From positions 25,916,001-25,980,000 of the forward strand of contig NC_059436.1 of the NCBI RefSeq assembly GCF_021028975.2: DNA of 64,000 nucleotides, written 5' to 3'. Positions 26,440 to 38,035 of the stretch are shown here, one piece after another. Origin of the DNA: Sphaerodactylus townsendi. Lineage: Eukaryota. Within the stretch, counting starts at the first letter, position 1. Every line of letters starts with the position of its first letter. Both the position numbers and the translations under genes were made by a program. Below the pieces are notes generated by a model, which saw only the letters and a program-made list of their open reading frames with translations, was not told the origin of the DNA and ran no database searches.

Positions 26440-27050
26440 TGCTGTGACCACCATTTTGTGCTGCTGCAGAGATTCTCCATCCCTGCCTCCATTTGGTGAA
26501 GATTTCCAGTGGAGATTTCCTCCGCTAGCATCTCATCCATGCACAATTTCAGTGTAAAAGTACATGAATAAAGTTTGTTCTGGCTGGCAATCCTTTTCCT
26601 TTTCTGTTTTTGTTTTGAGGGAGCTGTCTGCATAGCTACGACAGCACAATATGAGAATTGCAGCCGCTTGGAGGGCTGGTCTACGTGCCTTTAAGAAACA
26701 GTGGAACTGGGGGAGACCTTTCTTCTGCAGTGGGCTGGTGTGCCCGTTCCGTTCAGTCACAGGTAGACCAGCCCTCCATGGAGGACAGGTCTGCCCATTG
26801 CCACTTAATGGGAGGTAGACCAGCCCTCCGAGTGGCTGCGATTCTCATATTGTGATGTCATAGTTATGCAGACAGCCCCCTCAAAACAAAAAGGAAAAGG
26901 ATTGCCAGGCAAAACAAATTTTATTCATGTACTTTACACTGAAATCGCACACAGATGAGTTATAACAGGAAACCTCTGTGGGAAACCTTCACCAAATGGA
27001 GGCAGGGATGGAGAATCTCTGCAGCAACACAAAATGGGGGCACAAGCAGC
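26440..27050. repeat. Long imperfect inverted repeat (fold-back), arms ~26440-26685 and ~26813-27050
   Basis: The reverse complement of the right arm aligns to the left arm; the same peptide CCCRDSPSLPPFGE appears on opposite strands in the ORF track. Confidence 0.9.
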
Positions 27051-27419
27051 GAAAATGCACACAAGAGGTTGGGGTAGGAAAAACAACGCGTTTCTTGCTT
27101 GCCTGCTATCCTCACAGCAAGCATGAAACAACCTGACCCCATCTTGGGGGTTAGTGGGGGGTGGGGAAGATCTCTAGTTTAGTTATGTTTGAAAAACCTG
27201 TGTTGGGAGAAGTAAAGTGACCTGAAAATGTTTTGGAAGAGGGACCCTGTGAAGAGTTCCTCCCCCAAAAGCTTTTTATAATGACTTTGTTATATTTATG
27301 CTGGGCAGAAAGAGTCGCACAACACATTTCCCTACCAAATTTTAAAGTTTTTTTCTGGGCCTTCACTTCTCTCTTTGGATTGTTCACACATGTTTATGAA
27401 CCAACCCAAATCACGCACG

Positions 27420-27445
27420 CACACACACACACACACACACACACA
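27420..27445. repeat. (CA)n microsatellite
   Basis: Direct observation. Confidence 0.9.
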
Positions 27446-28859
27446 TATTAGCAGAACGCGCTCGCTTCCAAATGAGAGGGTTGTTGGTAGCAGAGCTGCA
27501 AAAGACTGTCAGAGGAAGGGAGGGTTAATCGTCCTGGCCTAGAGGACCCTTTTATCCTTTCAGTTCCACCAGTGGTTCTTGGGTGGTCCGCTGGTCCAGT
27601 TGGCCCTGTGATGGCCTGCTTGCAATCTGCCGAGAAGCCAGGAGCGGCTTCGGACATTCCTTAGGTGTAGGTAGGTAGTCAAGGAGAGTCAGGCTGTGTT
27701 TGCATTGAGGGTGAAGCATGCCCACTGAATGAAAGGGGAGATCCTTGTTTGTGTTTTGCTCTCTGTGCTGGGAGAGGAGAGACAATTCTGGACTGGATCT
27801 TCATTAGTTCTGGAAGAAGAGAGGCTAAGTCCAGATCTCCTGGCTGGCCCTGAACGTGGGCACGTCGTAGAGGCGAGGCGAGGCGAGGCTTTGCCGTGGT
27901 CTCTTCAGATGGTTTCAACCATCAGCTTGCTTGTTTACAAGAAACGGGCATTAACGATCTGTGCTGTGAAGCAGTTAAAATGTTCTGGAGATTTCCTCCG
28001 TAGTACCAGCTCATTAACATGCTGTAGCGTTTGAGCGTGAGAGGGGGTGGGGGTGGGTGGGCTTCTGCTGGCTGCTGTGACGAAAACACAAATATTTTTG
28101 CCCGTCTTGCTTAGCGCTAACGGCCTCATCACTGCTTTATGATGGGATGTGGATTGTTGTGCCCAATAAGGCTTTAATAGTCTTTCCTCAAATGAGCAGT
28201 TGGGATGCATCATCGGGGGAGGGGGGGCAGTGAAGGGCTTGGTTGAGAATATTAATAGATGAGCCATTTTGCTGCATCCGGCAGTTCCTTTTGCTCTCCC
28301 CCTCCCCAGTGATGTGGGAAAGGTTGAGGCCATGGAGGGTCCCATGTTCCAGATGGGCAGCGCTGCGGCTACAGTGCCCGAATGCTGAGACCCTCCATGC
28401 GCTCGTCCTGATGCTCCCTCTCCAGGCTCTGCCCGGCCGTCCTGAAAAGGGAGCCCACTCTGCACGTTTGTGGGAGCTTCCAGCTTATTTTTGAGAAGCT
28501 TCTTCTCCATTCGAGCTTTCGACATCCTCCACTGAACATGGGGCAGAAGAAGGGACTGAGGTGAAGTGAAGCAGAATGTTGTGGATGCATCTGTGCATTT
28601 AGGGCCTTTGAAATCTGGACCCATTCTGGACATGCAACAGAAACTGCCTTGGCTGTCCACCAGTCAACGGATAGGGGCCATGAGTCTGTCTGGATCTCTC
28701 TGGGGCCTGTCCTAACATGGACTGTGGTGCCCTTCTAGACTGCCTGGTTGGGAAGGGTGTAGGGAGGGGAAGCATCGCATTGGCTTCACACCTTCCTTAA
28801 AGGCAGGGACCAGAAGACGATGCTGAGGGGCTTTTGCTTGGCAAATATCTGTCTTGTCT

Positions 28860-29430
28860 CCTGCGCTCTTTGATATTTACACGAAGCCCCTTGGAGATAT
28901 TGTCTGGAGATCTGGGGCACAGGGCCGCCAATACGCTAATGACACCCAGCTAGAACTCTTCTTTCCAGCTAAGCAGCAGGAGTGCCTGAAGGCACTGAAA
29001 GATTAAATAGGGGCTTAATATACTGACACTTAATCCAGACAAGATGAAATTACTGTGGTTGGGGAGCCAAGTGGACGGAGGAAAAGGTGCTGCACCTGTT
29101 CAGGATGGGTTACACTTTCTCCTGAAAGATCAGCTTACCCTCTGGGGCTGCTTTTCGGTTCCACATTGTCATCAGACAATGCCTTTGCCCGCAAAGGTCA
29201 GCCTGCCAGCGGGGGCCGTTCTTCGAGAAAGTTGATCTGGCCACTGTTATAGGTGCCTAAATGATCTTGGATTAATATACCCTACATCGGGGCTGCGGCT
29301 GAAGCCAGCTCAGAAACCTTTCTTGGTGCCAAATGCAGCTGCAGGCTCCTTACGAGGGTGGGCTGGAGTGAGCGTGTCAAATGAGCTCTTTGTCAGCTGG
29401 GCTGGTGTCTGTTTCCAGGCTCAGTTTCAG
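28860..29430 (+). mobile_element. Degraded L2 LINE fragment
   Basis: Peptides QYANDTQL, LNPDKMKLLWLG, LVPNAAA. Confidence 0.75.
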
Positions 29431-29701
29431 TTGCTGCTGCTGCTGCCCTCTGCAGGCTGGGCCCAGAGAACCTGAAGCGCCACCTCCACCTGTAGTGGCC
29501 TGCCTGAGGCCTGAGAACCACGGCTGGTGCCATCTTGCAGAAACCCGCCGTGGCGGAGGCTGGGTCGGCTGGGGTCTGTAGACTGGCTTTTTCAGCCGCA
29601 GTGCCTCAGACAACTGCAGTGCCTCAGACTCGCGTCCCCCGCCCCGGAGGTGGGGGGGGGGGGTCAGTGCTGTCCTTGCAGTCCTTCTGGGTTAAACCGA
29701 G

Positions 29702-29920
29702 GTGTATTGTCGAAGGCTTTCACGGCCGTATTCAACTGGTTCTGGTCGGTTTTCCAGGCTGTGTGGCCGTGGTCTGGTGGATTTTGTCCCTAACGTTTCT
29801 CCTGCATTTGCAGCTGGCATCTTCGGAGGGGTATCACAGAGAATAGTCTGTTTCACGCTGTGTCTGCGTGAGAAGGGAGAGTTTAGTGTGGTACATTGTC
29901 CATGTCCCAGGGTGGGGCAA
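29702..29920 (-). mobile_element. Penelope-like element pLTR fragment with a hammerhead-like core
   Basis: Minus strand reads cctccgaagatgccagctgcaaatgcaggagaaacgttagg...gtgaaagccttcgacaatacac; homologous to 43296-43425 and 56832-57045. Confidence 0.75.
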
Positions 29921-31293
29921 AGTCTGAACACACCGAGGTGTGTTCTTTCCCAGAAGGCGTTGTGATGGGTCTGGCCTTGCTGCTGCCCAGCTGCTTGTCT
30001 CTCTGCCTTGTGGTGCCCCAGTTTTGACTTTGCCCTCCTTTAGAGTGCTCCCCTCAGTGGCTTGCCTGTTTCAGTGTTCATTGAATGGTGCTCCCTCTGC
30101 CCGGGCCTGGCTCAAATAGGCCATGCCTTAGGATCTCCCGGGGCAGGGTGGGTGCTCTGGGCCTTCTCTCCTGAAGCCCTGGGATCAGAGTGGGGGGGGG
30201 GCAGTTAAGGGCTTGTGCCAGGGCTGGAGGGAGCCACGAGAGATCCCTGGAAGGGAGGCGCCGTCTCTTCTCTAAGAGGGGTGAAGGAACCACATTGAAA
30301 ATTTCCCTCCTGCCTGGGGTCTGAAACAGAAAATTCTCATTCTGAGGAGCCCAAATCCGCCGTGACGTTGGCAGGTTCTGAGAAATTTATTTGCAGAAAG
30401 CAGTCGTGGGCAGGGGGACTGGGAAGGGTCTTATAACTAACTTTCCCCACTGGATTGTTTCCTTGCTTGGCAAAAACGCCCCCTTTTGCCACTTGGAGGA
30501 TTGGTGGGAGGAAAGGCTGGCACAAGATAGCCAATCCCCTGCTGGAGGGGTGGGGGGTGGGAGAGGGTGCCCCTCCCTCTGGTGCTCTGATCCAGGTTCT
30601 TATCAGTCCTGCTCTGAGTTCTGTTTTGGTCGGCCGTTTGGGAAAATGTTTTAGGCAAATGTTACTTTCTTTGTCCCAGAGTTGCTGTAAAAGAAACTGC
30701 TGCCTGCCCGCCTGCCCGTGTGGAGGCCATCTCTTGAGGCGCAGCAGCCCTGGGCTCTGAGCATTTGGCTATTGCTGCCTGTGTGCAGGCTGAAGCGTTT
30801 TCAGAACTTGTGGATTGAAATACGCCAGGAGAACCTCCCATCTTTTCTTCTGTCATCCATGGCGAGTGCTAGGGCTGAGTACCTTCTAAGGGGGAGGGTG
30901 AAACGGGACTCCGGCATTTGCTAAAGAACTGGAAAATCCCCCTAGATGCTCTAGGCCGGAGTCCTCTCCCCACTGCCCTTATGGGGTAGCCTGCATGCTC
31001 AGAACGCACAACATTTTGGTTGTGAAGCATCCTGCAGTTGACGAATCTGGAGGCTGAAAGCTGAAATGGTTTGATGTTTCCCCATCTTGCCTTTGGAGAA
31101 GGCCTCCCTTGCAGAGGGGTGCTTCTGGAGCGGTTTCCTTTGTCTTAGGTGAACTCCCTTTGTAAACTGTGCTTTGGTTGGGTTGTAGCTCAAGAAGCAA
31201 ATGGAAGGCAGGAAGGCCCCCCCCCGCCCCCCCCAGTCCCCGTGGTGCTTGAATTCTTGGCTCATAATAACCCTGGACTCCTTCTCTCCACAG

Positions 31294-31611
31294 TGTGCAC
31301 TGAAGACGTTGGAACCAGCCTCTACTTTGTGAACGATTCCATCCAGCAGGTGACCTTCTCCAGCACCGTCGGAGTGGTGATCCCATGCCCAGCAGCCGGG
31401 TCCCCCACCGCCACCCTTCGCTGGTACCTAGCCACTGGGGATGACATCTACGATGTCCCACACATCCGCCATGTCCACGCCAACGGGACGCTGCAGCTCT
31501 ACCCATTCTCGCCATCTGCCTTCAATAGCTTTATCCACGACAACGACTATTTCTGCACCGCAGAGAACTCTGTAGGCAAAATCAGGAGCCCAAGTATCCG
31601 GGTCAAAGCAG
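31294..31611 (+). CDS. DSCAML1: DSCAML1 exon 2, first Ig-like domain
   Basis: Acceptor ccttctctccacag|; 318 nt encoding (V)[105 protein letters not shown], which I recognise as DSCAML1 rather than DSCAM; donor G|GTATTG; phase 1-1. Confidence 0.97.
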
Positions 31612-33544
31612 GTATTGGCTGACTGGCAGACAGTGGGGTTGTCCTGGCTTTCCTTTTCTCCTTGGGCAGGATTTGACTGTCTTTGGGCTGCTCCAATCAG
31701 ACATGTGGGGGGGAGGGGAGGGAGGGAGAGAGAGAGAGAACGTGGTGGAGGAGGTAGAGAGTCGAGGTTGCCAATAGACTGCAGGCTGTGTTCAGAGCTG
31801 CACTCATCCAGTTCAGCATAGAGAGGTTCTATCATTTTGAGGGCAGGTCATAAGGAGGACATCATTGGAGTGGAAAATACACCCCACTGTCAGAAAGTCT
31901 GTTGGCGTAGAAGAGCCCACGCGTTCCAGCAGCCCCGGTCCCAGCGCGATGCAGCTGCCTAGAAAACCTTTCATGGCATTTGCTTGTTGGGTCTAGTTCT
32001 GTTTCCTCGAGAGTAGAGTTGTCCTAGGTGAACTCCCTTTGTAAACTGTGCATTGGTTGGGCTGCAGCTCAAAAAGCAAATGGGAGCAAATGGAAGCAGA
32101 GGGTGCCACAGTTCTTGCGGCTGGCGACTGACTGAGGGTGGGTGGGCTGACAGCCCCAGTGACTCCATTAGGTGACCTATTAAGCGCTGGCAGGCAGAGC
32201 CTGTGCACTTCAGGGACCAGAGCAGCTCTGACTTTCTTCGTGTTGTTGCAATGCAGACTGGCATCAAACACCCCAGAAGTGAATAATTCACCAGATTTAC
32301 AGCATTAGTAATGAGGGGAAGGGTTTTTATTTGAAAGACAAGTGCAGGCAGTTCTCCTGATATAAAACAGGAGCTACACTTGGCAGAAGAAACGCTTCTC
32401 TGGCTCCGTCTTAGAGGCTGTGTTCCTACCCGCAGGTTATCAGTATGCCATGGGGACTCTCTGTACTTTGTGCCCCACACCTTTGAGGGGTTTGAGAAGA
32501 AAGTAGGGAAGAGGAATTGCATGGGAAGGGAGGGTGCTGATTTCCAAAACCCAGCCAAGTTCCCCTTTGAGATTCTGAAATGACCAGGGGACTCTCCTGA
32601 GGAAGTTGTGGGATGATCGAGTCATGCAGCTGGATAGGGAATGCCAGGGCCTTGCTCTGGACCCTGTGCCCTCGAGAGTCCTGCTGCCGGCTGTGGCTAA
32701 GCCCAGACAGGATCTTCTGCTGAAGTCAGACAAGCTCCTGAAGTCATCTCTGCCCTTAGTTAATAACTGTGCATTTGGACCACCACCAAAGGTTGGTCTC
32801 CATGACTCATTTATGGGGCTCCAATATGTTGAATCTGCTTTCAAGGTTTATTTTTTCCTACTTTTCAGATGTCAGAATTTAAATATGTAGGTGCTATGGT
32901 AGGATAGAGTACAGCAGGTTTTGCTTTTTCTCAAGTATTGGGTATACTTATTTGTTATTTATTTAACTCATTTATTAGTTATCCCCCCCTTCTCCCAGTG
33001 GGCCCTAATGCTGCTTCCATCCTTCTCCTGTTCTGTGCTTTACCCTTACAACAACCCTCCGAGGTAGGTTTGTCTGAGAGAGTGGCCCAAGCTCAACCAG
33101 AAAGCTTGCACGGCACAAGTGAGGGTCTGAACCGGGGTCTTCCGGATACTAGTTTGACACTCGGAACCAGAACGTGACACTTTTGCCATTTTTCTTGCAG
33201 AAAGCAAAGACATTCATATTTTGAAATTCTATGACCTGCCAAATAGTACAGTTGCACGTGAACTAAATTACAAATGTATTTTATGTTATTAAATCAGTAA
33301 AAGAAATTCAGGTTTAATCGGGAAGTAGATATTGCATATATTTTTTACTAAAAGTGATTTTTTTCTGGAGAGGGCAGAGGAAACAGGGGAACACATTTTC
33401 CCCCATGATTTCATAATTTCAGAATAGTTTACAACATCACGGGCCCACCCTGCATTTCTAGTTGTAGCAGGCATCTATACAGATTTTTGAATTTAAAATT
33501 TGCAAGATTTCTCTAATAGAAAGCTCAGTCCAAGCTCTGCCCAC

Positions 33545-33730
33545 GACCTGAGTTCAGTCCTGGCAGACGTCAGTTTCAGGTGGTCGGCTCAAGGTTTATT
33601 CAGTCCCCTGTCCTTCTGAGGGCAGTAAAACAAGTCCCCACCTTCCTGGGGGTCAAGTGTAGACGAAGGGTAGACCGCTGGGGAAGGCAATAACAAAGGA
33701 TCCCCAAAAGCAAAGCCTGCCTAGTAAATG
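33545..33730 (+). mobile_element. Degenerate squamate SINE (Squam2-like, from recall)
   Basis: ggctcaaggtttattcagtcccctgtccttctgagggcagtaaaa...ctggggaaggcaat. Confidence 0.45.
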
Positions 33731-34790
33731 TTGCATTGCTTTTATATAATATTGACATTTCTCCCCATTTTTGGCTTTGTGGTTCTGCTTCCGCATTATT
33801 AAAGAGTATTTATTTATTTATTGGATTTATATCCCGCCCTCTCCCAAAAGAGTACTTTCTGGGGCCCCAGCAGGAATCATCAGGGAAAGGGGAACTGTTT
33901 GAAAATTACACCCCAACACCCCTCAAATCTTCCGCTCCAGGATCCTGGGAGCTCTCGGGGTCTGGATCAGCCCAGCTTTCCTCTCTCCCTTCCATGCAGT
34001 GTTCCCCAACTGTGGGTCAGGAGCCAGAAGTAGGTCGTGAAGCCTCTGCGCTTGGGTTGGTGGGCAGCACTCCCTAATGGCTGCCTGGGCCCTTTCCTTT
34101 GCTCTCTGTTGTGTTTTGGAAATGGGAACAATCTCTTCCATGTCATACATTAGTTGGCCTTTTCCTTTCACTTCATATGGCCACTGGTCAAGTGAAGCAC
34201 GTCCTGAGGGTGACTGGAGTGAGTTTCCTCACATCTTAGGAGGATTGGAGGGAGAAATGGGCCAGGAGAGGGTGGACCGTGACTGAAACAGACTCTCCGT
34301 GTGCACAGCCGGCGTCTGCCGGAATGCCACTTGCTGGGGTTCATAATGGGGGGCGGGGGGGGGGGGGGCTGCTGCACCTTTGGCGTGATGCTTGTTGCTT
34401 TCTCAGAAGCCTCTTGCTGGCCGCTGTAGAGAGCAGAGTGCAAAAGTAGACGGGGCCAAGAAACCTGGAAGCGTCACCACACCAAGAGGGTTGGGCACTG
34501 CTGCATTAATGGACTCTCATCAGCTTTCAGCATCTTGAGCTAGATTTTACGGGGCTTGTTGCCTGTCGCTGTAGGTGGGAACCTGCCCCCCCCCCCCAAC
34601 AGATTCACAGCCCACAATCAAGAACATTTATATGGTTCCTGGTAGGTGTGCCCATAGCAAGGACTTCTTGCAACTGGACTGTTCTCTTGAAGGGTGGGGT
34701 GAATCTAGAGGGTGAAATGTTATGTGCAGCTCTGCCTTCTGGTTGCCATCCCATCCCCCTGACCAGTTCCCCATCTTGCCTCTTCTGCAG

Positions 34791-34937
34791 TTTTCAGGGA
34801 ACCTTACACAGTTCGAGTGGAGGATCAAAGGTCAATGCGTGGAAATGTGGCTGTGTTCAAGTGCCTCATCCCTTCTTCAGTGCAAGAGTATGTCAGTGTT
34901 GTGTCCTGGGAGAAAGACACGGTTTCTATCATCCCCG
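34791..34937 (+). CDS. DSCAML1: DSCAML1 exon 3, first half of Ig domain 2; the gene continues beyond the window
   Basis: Acceptor tcttgcctcttctgcag|; 147 nt encoding (V)[48 protein letters not shown]; donor G|GTAAGA; phase 1-1. No exon-4-like peptide seen downstream. Confidence 0.97.
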
Positions 34938-36692
34938 GTAAGATGGACCTCAAACCTCTCCCCCTCTTCTCCCTGGGTGCCAGTCAGGTCTTCCACGGCA
35001 CTGAGCAACGCACCAAGGTGTCTTACCTCTCTAGTCCGCCTCCCTTTCTTGTTGGTGGTTGTGCCCTCTACTGTCCAGTCCCAGTGCTAACAGGGCACAA
35101 AGGCTCTTGGAAGAGTAACAGAGGCCAAGAAGAGTCCTGTGGCTCTTTAAAGACAAACCCGTTTAAAGTGGCAGAGGCTTGGGAGAAATTTGTCCCCTGG
35201 AAAGTTTGATGTCTCTCTGTGGGGTGACTGCGGGCCCAAAACCTCTTGGACCTTGGCTGTGGTTCTGTGGCCAAGGAGAGAGCAAGGAAGGGTCTGTGCT
35301 TGTGCAGAAGGCACAAGACGACGTACGGAGGCTCTGTTGTTTACCCAGCAATAGATTCCATTCTTTACTCAGCAAGAGTGTGTCCACCCTGCAATGATTC
35401 TGGCTTTTTGTTTGCTTGTTTGAAAACATCGGAACTTTTTTGGAAATAGTCAAACAAAATAACCTGAAATGTGCTTGCTGAAACCTTGACTTGTCTTTAG
35501 AGGTTGTCTTTAGAGCTTTCAGCTTAAGAAACTGCTTGGCTAGCCTGCATCAGCCCTTTCCCAAAGCCACAATTCTGCAGAAATCTCCAGGATTTGGACT
35601 GGGCCAAAGAAAAGAATGGGTTGCCCAGCGAGCCGCCCCCCTCCCCCCCCACCACTTGACCTTTTCAGTGCAGGCTGTGCAATATTGGAAGGGAAGAAAA
35701 ACAGGTCTTATAAATTGTTCATTGATTTTTGAGCAACGTTTGCCTGGGGCAGCGTCTGCTTTGGTCTGTTGGGCAATGTTCCTGAGTAGCTTTTGCGGTA
35801 GTTCTCAATGGCTGAATCAGGACACAAGGATGCTCTTTCTTCGGCGTGCACACCGCATGGTAGCATGCAACCATCACACCACAGGCCTCTCCCGGGATGT
35901 TGGAGATCTAAAGCATGAACAAAAGGCCGGACCACTGAACACAACCCAGCTGGGAAGGAGACCGTTTGCTTGTGCTGCAAGAACCACCCTTGGCCTGTGC
36001 GAGGTTCTGGGAGGGGTGATCCAATGTCTCTGTGACATTTTGTCTTAAAGCCTCCTGCTGCTGCTACTGTTTTTGAAAGCTCTTCCTGTTTTAAGCACAG
36101 GGATTGAAGGCTAGATGGAGGTCGTGCAAGGAAGAGGCCGGTTCATCCCCTCTGACTTTTGTGTGCTCCTGTTTCCATGCGTCCTTTGTGTCCGTTCACT
36201 CTGATGCTCAGGGAATGTCTTGTTCAGCTGATGTGATAATGGACATTGAGGGGTCAGTTGAGGTGGAGCAAAAACATGTTAATAACCTCATTCCTTACCT
36301 GCTGGAGTTCTTGTTCAGCAGATTGAGGTCTGAGTGGGTCCTGGATGTTCATTTCCCATCTACCTGGAGACTTGGCTGTTTTGCTGGTGACTTGGGCAAG
36401 TTTGGATTAACTGGGGAGTGACCTTTACCTACGGGATGTGGTTGGGTTTGGTGTCATGGGGGGCTGTGGCGTCCCTGTTAGGAATCCACAGTCTATCTGC
36501 TGAGTACTGGAATTCTCAACATCACCCGTTCCTGGGCTGGAAGAGACACATCGAGGCTTTTTCTCTACCGCTGGCCGGCTGCTTCTGTTTCTGACCCTTC
36601 CAAGAGTGTGCAATTGATGACCTTTCTAGTCTTGAGGATCTTTAAAGAGCCTGTTAGTAACAGCTGGGGATGCTGGCTGTAAAGTTCTAGAT

Positions 36693-36820
36693 CAGGGGTC
36701 TCTAACCTATGACTCTCCAGATGTTCATAGACTACGATTCCCATCCCCCCCTGCCAGCATGGCCAATTGGCAGAGCTGATGGGAATCATCATCCATGAAC
36801 ATCTGGCGGACCCTAGGTTG
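36693..36820. mobile_element. Palindromic hAT MITE running into an assembly gap
   Basis: CAGGGGTCTCTAACCT start; core actacgattcccatc...tggccaattggc...gatgggaatc. Confidence 0.85.
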
Positions 36821-37002
36821 NNNNNNNNNNNNNNNNNNNNNNNNNNNNNNNNNNNNNNNNNNNNNNNNNNNNNNNNNNNNNNNNNNNNNNNNNNNNNNNN
36901 NNNNNNNNNNNNNNNNNNNNNNNNNNNNNNNNNNNNNNNNNNNNNNNNNNNNNNNNNNNNNNNNNNNNNNNNNNNNNNNNNNNNNNNNNNNNNNNNNNNN
37001 NN
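36821..37002. other. Assembly gap (182 N)
   Basis: Run of N. Confidence 1.
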
Positions 37003-37381
37003 GGCTATGGCTGGTGTACAAAAGATAGAACAATTAAAAATCATAGCTAACAATGAAAACAGAATTAATTTACAATATAAACAACAAGAAACCTTCAGGC
37101 TTGATTGCTTCATGTAAGAGATAGGGGGAAAGCACCTTCTAGAACTGTTTCCGGGTTGTGTCTGTCCGTGTGAGGAGCCAGGAGGCCAGACAGACTTCTG
37201 TTTGCTTTGTCCTGCTCAGAAAGGCCATTTTCTCTTTCTATGGTTGGCACCTGATCCCTGTGGGCTCTTCCCCCTTCAGCCTCAGCTTGTGGCCAGCTGT
37301 GGTTTACCTTGTCTAAAAGCTGTGGAATAGTCCACAGTGTTAATGTCTCTTCAGGTGTGTTCCCATTCCAAGCCTATACAG

Positions 37382-38035
37382 CAGGGGTCCCCAAACTTTT
37401 TAAACAGGGGGCCAGTACACTGTCCCTCAGACTGTTGGAGGGCCGGACTAAAAAAAACTATGAACAAATTCCTATGCACAAATGATTGTAAAATGTTTGA
37501 TTTCACCTTTCAGCCTTTCTGTCATGGTCTATTTTTAGAACAGTGACCAAAGTATGTCAAGTACAGGGTGGGCTCCAAATATCGTTGGGGAGGCTGTGGA
37601 ATACCTTCCCCTGTAAAAAAAAAAAGCAGAACTTTCCCAATGAAGCATTCCATCTAACCCAGGGGATCAGGTATCTTCCTGGGTTCTTTTCTCCCTAGCA
37701 GCCAGCGAGCGAAGGATTCCGCCAGGCCTGGCTGATGCCAATGGGGAGTGAGGTATGGAACAGAAAGCCTGGAGAGCAACACATGGAGTAGCCGAGAGGG
37801 AAGGGTGGAGCAGTGGCGCTACACGCAGTAAGGTTTCCAACTCTGGGTCAGAAAATTCATGGAGATTTGGGGATGCCATCATGTAATTGCAATCAACAGC
37901 CGTTGGGGCCGGTTCCTCCTCTCCCTCGAGCCCCCACTGCACATGAATGGAGCCATCGCCACCATGCTTGGTGGGCCGGATAAATGCCTTCAGGGGGCCA
38001 CATTTGGCCCCCGGGCCGTAGTTTGGGGACCCCTG
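37382..38035. mobile_element. Non-autonomous hAT, OC1/OposCharlie1-like
   Basis: TIR CAGGGGTCCCCAAACT; perfect 8-bp TSD ctatacag; subterminal sequence matches my recollection of OC1 ends. Confidence 0.88.

Noticed and set aside
36565-37117. ORFs spanning X runs
   Set aside because: Artefacts of the N gap
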